NCBI GenBank assembly: GCA_964475215.1
Contig: CAYYVT010000187.1
Coordinates: forward strand, 72,334-136,333
DNA from: an uncultured Nitrososphaerales archaeon
GTDB taxonomy: Archaea; Thermoproteota; Nitrososphaeria; Conexivisphaerales; DTJL01
Reading direction: 5' to 3'
DNA length: 64,000 nt
Positions 45,893 through 53,888 of this stretch are shown here, piece by piece. Made by a program: the position numbers and the translations under genes. Under the pieces are notes generated by a model. The model made no database searches, was not told the DNA's origin, and saw nothing but the letters and a program-made list of their open reading frames with translations. Position 1 is the stretch's first letter. The number at the start of each line of letters is the position of its first letter.

Positions 45893-46512
45893 AGCTGGAG
45901 AAGCCGCTTTCTGTAGTCGTGTCGGGTGTAGGGGGCCAGGGTGTCCTCCTTACCTCGGAGATCCTAGGGAACGCCGCCATGCTCTCCGGCCTCGACGTAA
46001 GGGTCACTGAGACTCACGGCCTCAGCCAGAGGGGAGGGTCGCTGGTGTCGTGCGTTCGGTTTGGCAAGGAGGTGCACTCGCCCCTCGTCGACTACAGAGG
46101 GGCCGACTACATCATCTCGATGGAGCTCCTCGAAGCTGCCAAGTGTTCGATTTACGCGGGAGAAGAGACCGTGCACATAGTAAGTACGCTCCAGATTCCA
46201 CCGGTGACTGTGCTCAGCGGCAAGGCGAAGTATCCGCCCTCCAAAGAGCTCATGTCGTCGGTGGCCGACAGCTGCAAGAAGGCCTATTTCGTCGACGCAG
46301 CGGGGATGGCTACGAAGGCCGGAAGGAGCCTCTATCAGAACGCTGTCCTTTTGGGGTTTTTCGCCGGGGTCACCGACGGTCTCATCGGGAGAGAGGACTA
46401 CGCCAAGGCCTTACAAATCCTGGTCCCGGCGAAATATGTGGCCCCGAACTTGAAGGCGTTCGACATGGGGCTCCAAGCCTTCCTCGGCGAATCGCCCGGC
46501 CAAAGGCTTTAA
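45889..46512 (+). CDS. iorB: Indolepyruvate:ferredoxin oxidoreductase subunit beta
   Basis: The GTG start forms a GTGA overlap with the iorA stop. VVVSGVGGQGVLLTSEILG and THGLSQRGGS are present. The ORF-track extension back to 45643 overlaps iorA out of frame. Confidence 0.88.
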   Translation: MKLEKPLSVVVSGVGGQGVLLTSEILGNAAMLSGLDVRVTETHGLSQRGGSLVSCVRFGKEVHSPLVDYRGADYIISMELLEAAKCSIYAGEETVHIVSTLQIPPVTVLSGKAKYPPSKELMSSVADSCKKAYFVDAAGMATKAGRSLYQNAVLLGFFAGVTDGLIGREDYAKALQILVPAKYVAPNLKAFDMGLQAFLGESPGQRL

Positions 46513-46536
46513 CGAAGATTGCCTACACGTGGCCCC

Positions 46537-47553
46537 ATGAAGCCCAAGGTACTGTTGACCTTTAGGTTGCCGCAGGCAGGGCTGAACAGGCTCGCCCTAA
46601 CGCTGGGCGAGGCCCCGGCCGTCCCAACACGCTTCCCCAGGATGGGGAGGGAGGAGATTCTCGAAGGCATCGGCGTTGCCGATGCCCTCCTATGCAACCC
46701 CTACTGCAAGGTTGACTCGGAGCTTCTCGCTAGGGCCGAGAAGCTCAAGGTGGTCTCGACCTTCAGCGTAGGCTATGACCACATCGACATCCCCGAAGCT
46801 ACGCGCTTGGGCGTCTATGTGACCCACACCCCCGACGTCCTGTCCGGAGCCGTCGCCGACGTGGCTTGGGGCCTGCTTTTGGCCGCTTCCAGGCACATGG
46901 TGGCGGGCGATAGGTACGTGAGAGATGGCCATTGGAAGACGGACAGCGACCTTGGCTTCATGATGGGCCATGACTTCTATGGGATGACCCTTGGGATTGT
47001 GGGAGCGGGGCGGATTGGGGCCGAGGTGGCCAAGAGGGGGAGAGGCTTCGGCATGAGAATACTGTACTACAGCAGGCACAGGAAGCATGCCCTCGAGGCC
47101 GAACTGGGAGCGGAGCGGGCAGACCTCTCTAAAGTATTATCCGGGTCAGACTACGTCTCCGTGAGCCTTTCGCTGAGCAAGGAAACGCATCACATGATTG
47201 GCCAGAAGGAGCTTTCCTTGATGAAGAGGAGCGCCGTCTTGGTGAACACCAGTAGGGGGGCTGTCATCGACGAAGCGGCGCTGATTGCTGCCCTGAAGGA
47301 GCGTAGGATCGCCGGCGCCGGCCTCGACGTCTTCGAGGTGGAACCCCTCCCTCTGGATTCGCCTTTTCTCTCACTAGACAACGTCGTCCTCCTCCCCCAT
47401 TCGGCCAGCGCCACCGCTGAGACAAGAGACAGGATGGCGGTGCTGGCGGCCCAGAACCTCATCGACGTGCTGAGGGGAAAGAGGCCAAAGGCGCTCCTTA
47501 ATGCTGGTGTCCTCTCTGTGAGACCATTGCGCAGTATCAAGATGCTCTCCTGA
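46537..47553 (+). CDS. gyaR: D-2-hydroxyacid dehydrogenase / glyoxylate-hydroxypyruvate reductase
   Basis: NAD fold GIVGAGRIGAEVAKR with the catalytic R...E...H elements (NTSRG, LDVFE.EP, PHSAS). I placed the start at ATG 46537 (MKPKVLLT). Confidence 0.88.
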   Translation: MKPKVLLTFRLPQAGLNRLALTLGEAPAVPTRFPRMGREEILEGIGVADALLCNPYCKVDSELLARAEKLKVVSTFSVGYDHIDIPEATRLGVYVTHTPDVLSGAVADVAWGLLLAASRHMVAGDRYVRDGHWKTDSDLGFMMGHDFYGMTLGIVGAGRIGAEVAKRGRGFGMRILYYSRHRKHALEAELGAERADLSKVLSGSDYVSVSLSLSKETHHMIGQKELSLMKRSAVLVNTSRGAVIDEAALIAALKERRIAGAGLDVFEVEPLPLDSPFLSLDNVVLLPHSASATAETRDRMAVLAAQNLIDVLRGKRPKALLNAGVLSVRPLRSIKMLS

Positions 47554-47559
47554 AGGGCC

Positions 47560-47912
47560 CAATGACCTCCGGTACGTCTGGGAGTGAGGATGTTTCCTGG
47601 CCATAGCCCTCCTTCTGTTCTAGGCGGGATTCAGCTGAGAGGTCTACCCGGGCTTACAGCAGTGAGCCTGTCATCAGCCCCATTTGACCTTGCTCCACGC
47701 GGGGTGGCCGTTTCATCCCTCATCCAGGACCTTCTCCGGCATTCCTGCCTTCATCGCGTTCCTGGCGCGGGTGTCGTTTCTGTTCCAGAGCCAGCGGTCT
47801 CCCGCTGCGTTTCTCAACGCCGCGTCTCCTGCACGGAGGGAGGAGCTTCCTCAGGGCTGTTCGCCCCGAACCTGCCCACCAGCTCACATCCTCGGGCTAG
47901 CTCCGCCGGTTC
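47560..47912 (-). ncRNA. rnpB: RNase P RNA (archaeal type A-like)
   Basis: The minus strand reads ...CUGAGGAAGCUCC (CR-I-like)...GGAACAGAAACGAC...GAGGGAUGAAACGGCCACCCC...GGAGCAAGGUCAAAUGGGG...GUAAGCCCGGGUA...AGCUGAAU (CR-IV)...AACAGAAGGAGGGCUAUGG (CR-V). The terminal helix GAGGAUGU/ACAUCCUC closes the molecule. TATA-like tttaatgtttaaat lies just upstream on the minus strand. The ends are approximate (about +/-10 nt). Confidence 0.85.
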
Positions 47913-47926
47913 CCACGATTTAAACA

Positions 47927-48487
47927 TTAAACGAGGCCTATTTCCTGCATGAACATCCTTTGGGCCTCCACCACCTGGGCGCTCGATTCGGCCTCCCCAT
48001 AGGCTTCGAGGTATCTCCTGTTAAGCTCGAAAAAAGAGTGCCCCCACCTAAACGAGCTCATAATCTCCTCAGCCTGCTCCCGAAGACCGATGATGAACAA
48101 AGCCGATGCCAGAGCTTCGGCGGTGGAGAGGTTCACCGGTATCCCATAGTTAGTCGGATTCGCTGCCACAAGGTACGGGAGAGCCCTGCGGCGGTCACCC
48201 CTCCAGCTCGCTCCCCTGAAGGACTCGAGCGCCTTCTTCCAGCTGGCGTCGATGGCGGTCAGCCCCTGTGAAAGCACAATCTCGCTGTCCGATCGGGATA
48301 TGGACCTACTGCAATACGGGTCGAGGAGGAGGCCGCGCCTGCTGTGTAGTGGAAGATATTCGACCATGCCCAGCCGCTTGAGCTTGGAAGCAGTGCACTT
48401 GGTCGGATCGTCCTGTCGCAGATGGAGCACGAACAGTTTAACGCTTGCCACCCTCTCATTGTTCAATTTTTTCTGCGTTTCTCCCAA
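47927..48487 (-). CDS. tsr3: 16S rRNA aminocarboxypropyltransferase Tsr3 (DUF367)
   Basis: 186 aa. KLFVLHLRQDDPTKCTASKL and IDASWKKA...YLVAANPTNYG match the Tsr3 pattern. Confidence 0.85.
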   Translation of the reverse strand: MGETQKKLNNERVASVKLFVLHLRQDDPTKCTASKLKRLGMVEYLPLHSRRGLLLDPYCSRSISRSDSEIVLSQGLTAIDASWKKALESFRGASWRGDRRRALPYLVAANPTNYGIPVNLSTAEALASALFIIGLREQAEEIMSSFRWGHSFFELNRRYLEAYGEAESSAQVVEAQRMFMQEIGLV

Positions 48488-48529
48488 ATGCTTAAAATCA
48501 ACTTCTATTAATGTGATTGGCTGATAAGT

Positions 48530-48763
48530 TTGCCGAAGGCTTTCGTTCTAATCAACGCCGACCTGGGTGCGGAGGAGGAGCTTGTCGCCGAGCTCAAGAA
48601 GATTACGAACGTGACCGAGGTCTATGTTGTCTATGGCGTATATGACTTGATCTCGAAGGTCGAAGCCGACACCATGGAGAAGGTCAAGGAGACCATCACT
48701 TGGCACATTAGGCGCCTCGAGAAGGTCCGCTCAACGCTCACGATGATAGTCGTGGAAGAGTAG
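48530..48763 (+). CDS. Stand-alone Lrp/AsnC ligand-binding (RAM) domain protein
   Basis: 77 aa with a TTG start. AFVLINADLGAEEELVAELKKITNVTEVYVVYGVYDLISKVEA has the typical beta-alpha-beta-beta-alpha-beta RAM pattern and no HTH. Confidence 0.8.
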   Translation: MPKAFVLINADLGAEEELVAELKKITNVTEVYVVYGVYDLISKVEADTMEKVKETITWHIRRLEKVRSTLTMIVVEE

Positions 48764-48794
48764 CTTTCTGGTCATCGACTAGCGCTGCTAGGCC

Positions 48795-50036
48795 CTAGGG
48801 CTTCCTCCGCTGGCTCGCCCTGAGCGCCCTGTCGAAATCTTCCTCTGTCAGCGAGTAGTCCTCTATGCCGACGGACACCCTGATCATCGTTTCCGTTATC
48901 CCCAGTTCCTTCCTCTGCGCCTCCGAGATGCGCCTGTGGGATGTCTTCCCCGGGTGGGAGATGGTCGTCCCCACGCCCCCCAGAGACGGCGTAAGGGTCA
49001 CCCTCTTCAGCGCCTTCACGAAGGAGTCTGCTTCCGCCAGCCTTCCTTTAAGTGTAAACGAAAGCATCCAGCCGTACATTCCATCAGAGAATATCCTCTT
49101 CGCGAGCGCGTGTTGGGGGTGCGATTCAAGGCCCGGGTAGAACACATGCTCCACCTCTTCTCTTCCCTCAAGGTACTTGGCGAGCCTCATTGCGTTCCTG
49201 CAACTCTCCTCGGTCCTCACCTTCCAAGTCAGCAAGCTCCTGTTCGCCAGCCAGCTATCGAAGGGCCCGGGGATCGCCCCAAGCACGATATTGAATTGGT
49301 AGGCCCTCTCGATCACCTTCGAGCCTCCGCAAAGTAGGCCTATCGTCAGGTCATGATGACCCCCTAGGGATTTCGTTCCGCTGTGCATCACGACGTCGGC
49401 CCCCAGGTCCAGAGGCCTGATGACGAAGGGGCTAGCGAACGTGTTGTCGACGATGAGCAGGGACCCCGCCTCCTCCGCAGCCCGTGCCAATTCCTTCAGG
49501 TCACACACCTTCATCGTTGGGTTCGAGATGGTCTCCACGAGGACGATTTTCGCCCCTTCCCTTTTCATGGCGTTTTCAAAGGTGGAAACGTCGGTGGAGT
49601 CCGAAAACGTCGTCTTTATGCCGAACCTTGGGAGTTCCCTGCCCAGCAGCAGGAGTGTCCCGCCATACAAATCAGGTGACGCCACGATGTGATCGCCCTT
49701 CCCAACGCTCGAAGCGATTGCCACGAAGAGGGAGGCCATCCCAGAAGAGCAAGCCATCCCTCTGTCCGCGTGCTCCAGTTCGGCGACCTTCTTGGCCAGC
49801 TCGTCAGAATTGGGGAGTCCGTCCCTGCCATAGACATAGCTACCTGGAGCTCTCCCCTCATAGTGGTCGTCGAGGCTACCCAAGTTGGGGAAATTGTACA
49901 CCGCTGTCTGCACAATCGGAGTTGACCAGGGAACAATCGCACCCACATCTCCGTGACTTCTCTTCCGTCGGGCCATGCCCAGAGCCGCAGGCGTTCTTTC
50001 TAATAAAGTGAGTTTCTGACCGGTCGACACGCTCAA
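48795..50036 (-). CDS. Cys/Met-metabolism PLP enzyme (cystathionine gamma-synthase / gamma-lyase / O-acylhomoserine sulfhydrylase family)
   Basis: 413 aa with the PLP-Lys motif HSGTKSLGGHHD. The N-terminal region PIVQTAVYNF and the C-terminal LIRVSVGIED are also present. Confidence 0.85.
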   Translation of the reverse strand: MSVSTGQKLTLLERTPAALGMARRKRSHGDVGAIVPWSTPIVQTAVYNFPNLGSLDDHYEGRAPGSYVYGRDGLPNSDELAKKVAELEHADRGMACSSGMASLFVAIASSVGKGDHIVASPDLYGGTLLLLGRELPRFGIKTTFSDSTDVSTFENAMKREGAKIVLVETISNPTMKVCDLKELARAAEEAGSLLIVDNTFASPFVIRPLDLGADVVMHSGTKSLGGHHDLTIGLLCGGSKVIERAYQFNIVLGAIPGPFDSWLANRSLLTWKVRTEESCRNAMRLAKYLEGREEVEHVFYPGLESHPQHALAKRIFSDGMYGWMLSFTLKGRLAEADSFVKALKRVTLTPSLGGVGTTISHPGKTSHRRISEAQRKELGITETMIRVSVGIEDYSLTEEDFDRALRASQRRKP

Positions 50037-50048
50037 ATAAGGAGAATC

Positions 50049-51356
50049 GTGGTTTTACCCTCCGTGCAGAGCCTCCCCCTTCTCCATATCGGGATCGACG
50101 ACACCGACTCCTCCGAGGGGATGTGCACGACCTACCTTGCGGCGGTGCTGATGGACGAGATAGAGGAGAGGCATGGATTGCAACTAGACGGCTTCCCAAG
50201 GCTCATCCGCTTAAACCCTAACTGCCCCTACAAAACGAGGGGCAACGCGGCCCTCTCCTTTCGGCTCCGAATCCCTCCCGAAGTCATCCCCATCATCCAG
50301 GAGCTTGTCCTGAAGAGGGTGGAAGAGATGGCCATGCTGGAGGACGAAGGGACGGAATCCGGTGTGGCCTTCTACGTCGGCGAAGAAGTGCCCGTCCTCC
50401 TGGGGGAGTTCTCATCCCGTGTCGTAAAGGAGATGGTCACCATGGAGGAGGCCGAAGAGGTAGCAGATGCTCTCCACATCGAACTCCACAAGTTCAAGTT
50501 CGGACGGGGTATCATAGGCGCCCTAGCTGCCATCGGTAATAGGCTCGAGTATGGGAGGACCTACGAGCTCATCGCCTATCGCACCCCCAAATTCATCGGG
50601 ACTCGAAGAGAGATGGAAAGGGGATCCGTCGAGGCCATGAACGAGGCGACATATCCCTTCACGTTCGACAACCTAGACGCGAACACCGGCGAAGTTAGAA
50701 TCATGCCGCACACCCCCTGCCCGGTTTACTTTGGCATCAGGGCATTCAAACCGGAGTATCTGGAGCGCGCCTATGGAATGGTCAGACCCCTCCAGCCCGT
50801 CGAGCGCTTTCGGATTTACGAAACGAACCAAGGCACCGATGCTCACATCTCGGACGCCGTCGCGGGGAAGGTAAGGCCCCTGACCTCAGTCAAGGTGTGC
50901 GGCACCGTCTGCTCGGCACCCAGGACTATCAGGGGCGGCCATGTGATATTCAGGATCGAGGACGGCAGTGGCTCTGTCGACTGCGCCATTTACGAGCCCA
51001 CCCGGGGCTTTCGGAACGTGGGAAAGGCTCTGGTCCAGGGGGACGTTGTAAGGGTCTACGGTGGTGCGAAGGAGAAGCCCGGTTCCCGACTTACCATCAA
51101 CGTCGAGAAGATGGAGGTGCTCTCCCTGGTTCCGTTGACCATGAAGAAGAACCCCGCCTGTCCGAAGTGTGGTAAGACGATGAAGTCGGAGGGAAGGGGG
51201 AAGGGGTATCAGTGCCCTGCCTGCAAGTTCAAATCGACAGAGCCCGAGCAGCAGAAGATCACGGTCGAAAGGGATGTGTCGGTAGGCCTCTACGCTGCCC
51301 CACCCCGTGCCCGCCGCCACCTGAGCAAGCCGACCACGGCGCCCTACGAAGTCTAG
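50049..51356 (+). CDS. tiaS: tRNA(Ile2) 2-agmatinylcytidine synthetase TiaS
   Basis: 435 aa with a GTG start. The N-terminus HIGIDDTDSSEGMCTTYL is present, followed by an OB-like region and a C-terminal zinc ribbon (CPKCG...CPACK). Confidence 0.88.
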   Translation: MVLPSVQSLPLLHIGIDDTDSSEGMCTTYLAAVLMDEIEERHGLQLDGFPRLIRLNPNCPYKTRGNAALSFRLRIPPEVIPIIQELVLKRVEEMAMLEDEGTESGVAFYVGEEVPVLLGEFSSRVVKEMVTMEEAEEVADALHIELHKFKFGRGIIGALAAIGNRLEYGRTYELIAYRTPKFIGTRREMERGSVEAMNEATYPFTFDNLDANTGEVRIMPHTPCPVYFGIRAFKPEYLERAYGMVRPLQPVERFRIYETNQGTDAHISDAVAGKVRPLTSVKVCGTVCSAPRTIRGGHVIFRIEDGSGSVDCAIYEPTRGFRNVGKALVQGDVVRVYGGAKEKPGSRLTINVEKMEVLSLVPLTMKKNPACPKCGKTMKSEGRGKGYQCPACKFKSTEPEQQKITVERDVSVGLYAAPPRARRHLSKPTTAPYEV

Positions 51357-51373
51357 AATTCGGCACACAAACC

Positions 51374-51380
51374 TTTAATA
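51374..51380 (+). promoter_or_regulatory. TATA-like box upstream of tRNA(CAU)
   Basis: tttaata is centred about 37 nt upstream of tRNA position 1. It is the only AT-rich block in the 57-nt spacer after tiaS. Confidence 0.45.
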
Positions 51381-51413
51381 CAGAACTGGCGACAAGCCCA
51401 GACGGACTTTCGT

Positions 51414-51508
51414 AGCGGGGTGGGGAAGCCAGGCCTATCCCGGCGGGCTCATAAGATGGTGTCATCTGAGGGACCCGCAGATCGGACGTCCAAATCGTCC
51501 CCCCGCTA
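51414..51508 (+). tRNA. tRNA-Met(CAU) with initiator hallmarks and a 19-nt canonical intron
   Basis: Hand-folded cloverleaf:
- Acceptor stem AGCGGGG/CCCCGCU, giving an A1:U72 pair.
- D arm GGGA-AGCCAGGCCUA-UCCC.
- Anticodon stem GCGGG/CCCGC, giving three G:C pairs at 29-31:39-41.
- Anticodon loop CUCAUAA, with the anticodon at 51450-52.
- Variable loop AGAUC.
- T arm GGACG-UCCAAAU-CGUCC.
- Discriminator A.
The mature length is 76 nt and no CCA is encoded. Confidence 0.9.
51454..51472 (+). other. tRNA intron at the canonical 37/38 position with a bulge-helix-bulge motif
   Basis: A central 4-bp helix CUCA(51448-51)/UGAG(51467-70) is flanked by 3-nt bulges, UAA (51452-54) and GGA (51471-73), on opposite strands. 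An outer hairpin GAUG-GUGU-CAUC completes the motif. Together these form a textbook hBHBh' substrate for the archaeal splicing endonuclease. Confidence 0.85.
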
Positions 51509-51616
51509 CTTCAACCATGACGCACTGTGTAGTGTACTTCAATCATCCAAATGTTCCGCTATGCTCTCCGTCGCCGCGTTCCTCTGGCTTCACTTCTGCA
51601 TTTGCGGAATCATTTG

Positions 51617-51775
51617 CTACCGGCCCCCGAAACGGCTGTACCGCGAGAGGGCTTCCTCCGGGCCTCCCGGCATGGGGCCAGCCTTCTTCTTGGCGCCCTT
51701 CTTCCCGCAGCGGCCCCTCTCCTTATGTTTCCGCAGGTTGCTCACCATCTTTCCACAGACGTCGCAGACTGGCAC
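51617..51775 (-). CDS. Candidate small basic Cys2-His-Cys protein (52 aa from GTG 51775)
   Basis: MPVCDVCGKMVSNLRKHKERGRCGKKGAKKKAGPMPG... has the pattern CxxC-x9-H-x5-C. On the minus strand, ttaatat lies about 25 nt upstream of the GTG, suggesting a leaderless start. The track ORF extends to 51838. Evidence is weak. Confidence 0.3.
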   Translation of the reverse strand: MPVCDVCGKMVSNLRKHKERGRCGKKGAKKKAGPMPGGPEEALSRYSRFGGR

Positions 51776-51911
51776 AATATAGAATCTTACTCGTGTCCAT
51801 ATTAACCATCGCTCAGCAACCTGCTCCGTCTGGTCCACGGCCCACAGGAAAGGGGTGGCTCCTTTGCGCGATAAGGTCTAAAGGGACGCGAGACACCCCG
51901 ATGCGTGGGCC

Positions 51912-52778
51912 ATGCCAGTCCCAAAACCCTTCGAGTACTACGCGCCGACCTCCATTGAAAACGCACTGAAGCTGCTAACCGAGAACGAAGAGAGCAAGTT
52001 CGTGGCAGGCGGCCAGAGCCTGATTCCGTTGATGAAGTTCAGGCTCGTAAACCCCCGTGTCGTCATCGACATCGGCAAGCACCTCCGAGGCGAAATGTCT
52101 TATGTCCGAGAGGGAAGTGAAGGGCTTTCCGTCGGCGCCCTGACTACACATTACGAAATCTCCTCGTCCGACCTGCTGAAGGCCAGATGCCCGATGCTCA
52201 CTAAGGCCGCCCAAGACATAGGCGACCTTCAAGTCCGAAACAGGGGTACGATCGGAGGAAGCCTTTGCCATGCAGATCCTGCAGCTCACTATCCTCCCGC
52301 GATGGTCGCCCTGGATGCCCTTTTGGTTGCTAGAAGTAGGGGTGGAACGAGGACCATTCATGCGGCGGACTTCTTCAAGGATATGTTCACCACTGCGCTC
52401 GCTCCGGATGAGATGCTAGTGGAGGTGAGGCTTCCTCGGCCTCTCGGGACCCGCTGGGGGTATGAGGTAGTACATGGTCAGGGAGGGAGCTTTGCTACCG
52501 CAATAGCTGCGGTCCAGCTGCACATGGATGGGCCGGTCTGCGAGTCTTGCACCATCGTAATCGGCGCCTGCTCCTCCAGCCCAGTGCGGCTCAATGAGGC
52601 AGAGGAGGCGCTCAGGGGGAAGACGCTCACAGAGGAGGTCATCGCCAAGGCTGCGTCGGCTGTCCGGTCCCACCTAAAGGAGCCGCTGGTGGACGCTCGA
52701 GTGCGGGCCAGCTATCGGCGTGAAATGGCGGCGTTGGCGGCTAGGCGTGCCCTGCTCGCAGCCGTCGGAGGCGCCTGA
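51912..52778 (+). CDS. FAD-binding medium subunit of a xanthine dehydrogenase/CO dehydrogenase-family molybdoenzyme (CoxM/CutB-like)
   Basis: 288 aa containing FEYYAPTSIENALKLL, FVAGGQSLIPLMKFRL, and RNRGTIGGSLCHADPAA. Confidence 0.88.
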   Translation: MPVPKPFEYYAPTSIENALKLLTENEESKFVAGGQSLIPLMKFRLVNPRVVIDIGKHLRGEMSYVREGSEGLSVGALTTHYEISSSDLLKARCPMLTKAAQDIGDLQVRNRGTIGGSLCHADPAAHYPPAMVALDALLVARSRGGTRTIHAADFFKDMFTTALAPDEMLVEVRLPRPLGTRWGYEVVHGQGGSFATAIAAVQLHMDGPVCESCTIVIGACSSSPVRLNEAEEALRGKTLTEEVIAKAASAVRSHLKEPLVDARVRASYRREMAALAARRALLAAVGGA

Positions 52779-52779
52779 T

Positions 52780-53286
52780 ATGCAGATCAAGCTTTTTGTA
52801 AATGGCAAGCCCTGTGAAGTCACCGTCGAGCCTAGGACTTTGCTCGTCGACCTGCTTAGACAGCTGGGCTTCCTCAGCGTCCATCAGGGATGCGACGAAG
52901 GGAGATGCGGCGCCTGCACCGTCTTCATGGATGGAGGGGCCGTCAAGTCTTGCATGCTCTTTGGCGTCCAAGCGGACGGGTCGTCCATACTTACCGCCGA
53001 CGGCCTCGCCACGGACAAAGGCTTCCATCCCCTGCAGACGGCGTTTTCTGAATGCCTTGCCGTGCAGTGTGGATACTGCACGCCAGGCCTGCTCATGACC
53101 TCATATGATCTCATCCGGAAATCCACCGATTTGGACGAGGCGGTGGTACGAAAGGCCATCTCGGGGAACATTTGTCGCTGCACGGGGTACTCGAGCATCG
53201 TGGAGGCCATCCTGCGAGCTTCGGCGTCGGGGGGCAAGAAACTCACAAATCCCGGAAGGAAGGCCTTAACCGAAGCTAGCCCGTGA
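52780..53286 (+). CDS. [2Fe-2S]-binding small subunit (CoxS/CutC-like)
   Basis: I placed the start at ATG 52780 (MQIKLFVNGK). Cluster I is GCDEGRCGACTV and cluster II is CGYCTPG...CRCTGY. Confidence 0.9.
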   Translation: MQIKLFVNGKPCEVTVEPRTLLVDLLRQLGFLSVHQGCDEGRCGACTVFMDGGAVKSCMLFGVQADGSSILTADGLATDKGFHPLQTAFSECLAVQCGYCTPGLLMTSYDLIRKSTDLDEAVVRKAISGNICRCTGYSSIVEAILRASASGGKKLTNPGRKALTEASP

Positions 53287-53737
53287 CGGGCTCAGGCCCC
53301 TGAGATTCGAGGGCCTTGTGTAGGTTCCCGAACACTTCCTTGACTAGCTTGTCAGCTACCCCTCCTAGGACCCTCTGCCCGAGCGAAGCGAGCATTCCAG
53401 AAACTGTGGCTGCTGATGACCATTCTAGGACCGTCTCCTTGGCGCCACCCTTCAGGTCGACTGTTATTTCGAGGTCAATGGCGCTGTTGGCGCCTAGACC
53501 ATGGCCGCGCAGCTTGACATGAGACGGAGGCACCCTTTCGGAAACGTCGAAGTTAATCGTGAAGCTGGTCTTGATCATTGAGATGCCGAGCTTAGCGACG
53601 ACTTGGAACCTGCCAGGTCCCAAGACCTTGACGTCTTGGATGTCGGGAATCCCTTTGGAGAAGTTCAGCGGATCGGTGAGGAAGTCAAACACCTTGCCTT
53701 GCCCCGCACGTACTATCTCGGATCCCTTGAATTCCAC
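53276..53737 (-). CDS. SRPBCC-fold CoxG-like protein
   Basis: 153 aa. MEFKGSEIVRAGQGKVFDFLTDP...KTSFTINFDV matches the CoxG/PF06240 pattern as I recall it. It is on the opposite strand, between the small and large subunit genes. Confidence 0.75.
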   Translation of the reverse strand: MEFKGSEIVRAGQGKVFDFLTDPLNFSKGIPDIQDVKVLGPGRFQVVAKLGISMIKTSFTINFDVSERVPPSHVKLRGHGLGANSAIDLEITVDLKGGAKETVLEWSSAATVSGMLASLGQRVLGGVADKLVKEVFGNLHKALESQGPEPVTG

Positions 53738-53888
53738 TTTGGGCCTTTCATTCCCGCGCGACGTCGATTAATACGGGTTTCCGATAGGCCCGCCCCGTGC
53801 TTTTGAAGAGTTTGAAGCCCAAGACCGCGTCAACGCTTAACTACCCTGCAAAGAAATGACGAGAGGACCTTGAGAGCAAAGCAATTCC

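Noticed and set aside
47584-47952. Track ORFs 47584-47952 (+, 122 aa) and 47684-47923 (+, 79 aa) in the gyaR-tsr3 gap
   Set aside because: Their composition is P/S/R/G-rich and not protein-like. The opposite strand carries all the conserved regions of RNase P RNA, which explains the stop-free stretch.
51414-51508. Calling the tRNA(CAU) next to tiaS the TiaS substrate tRNA-Ile2
   Set aside because: The idea is tempting from gene context. However, the A1:U72 pair plus three consecutive G:C pairs closing the anticodon stem are archaeal initiator hallmarks. I therefore call it initiator-like Met and leave Ile2 as an open alternative in the findings.
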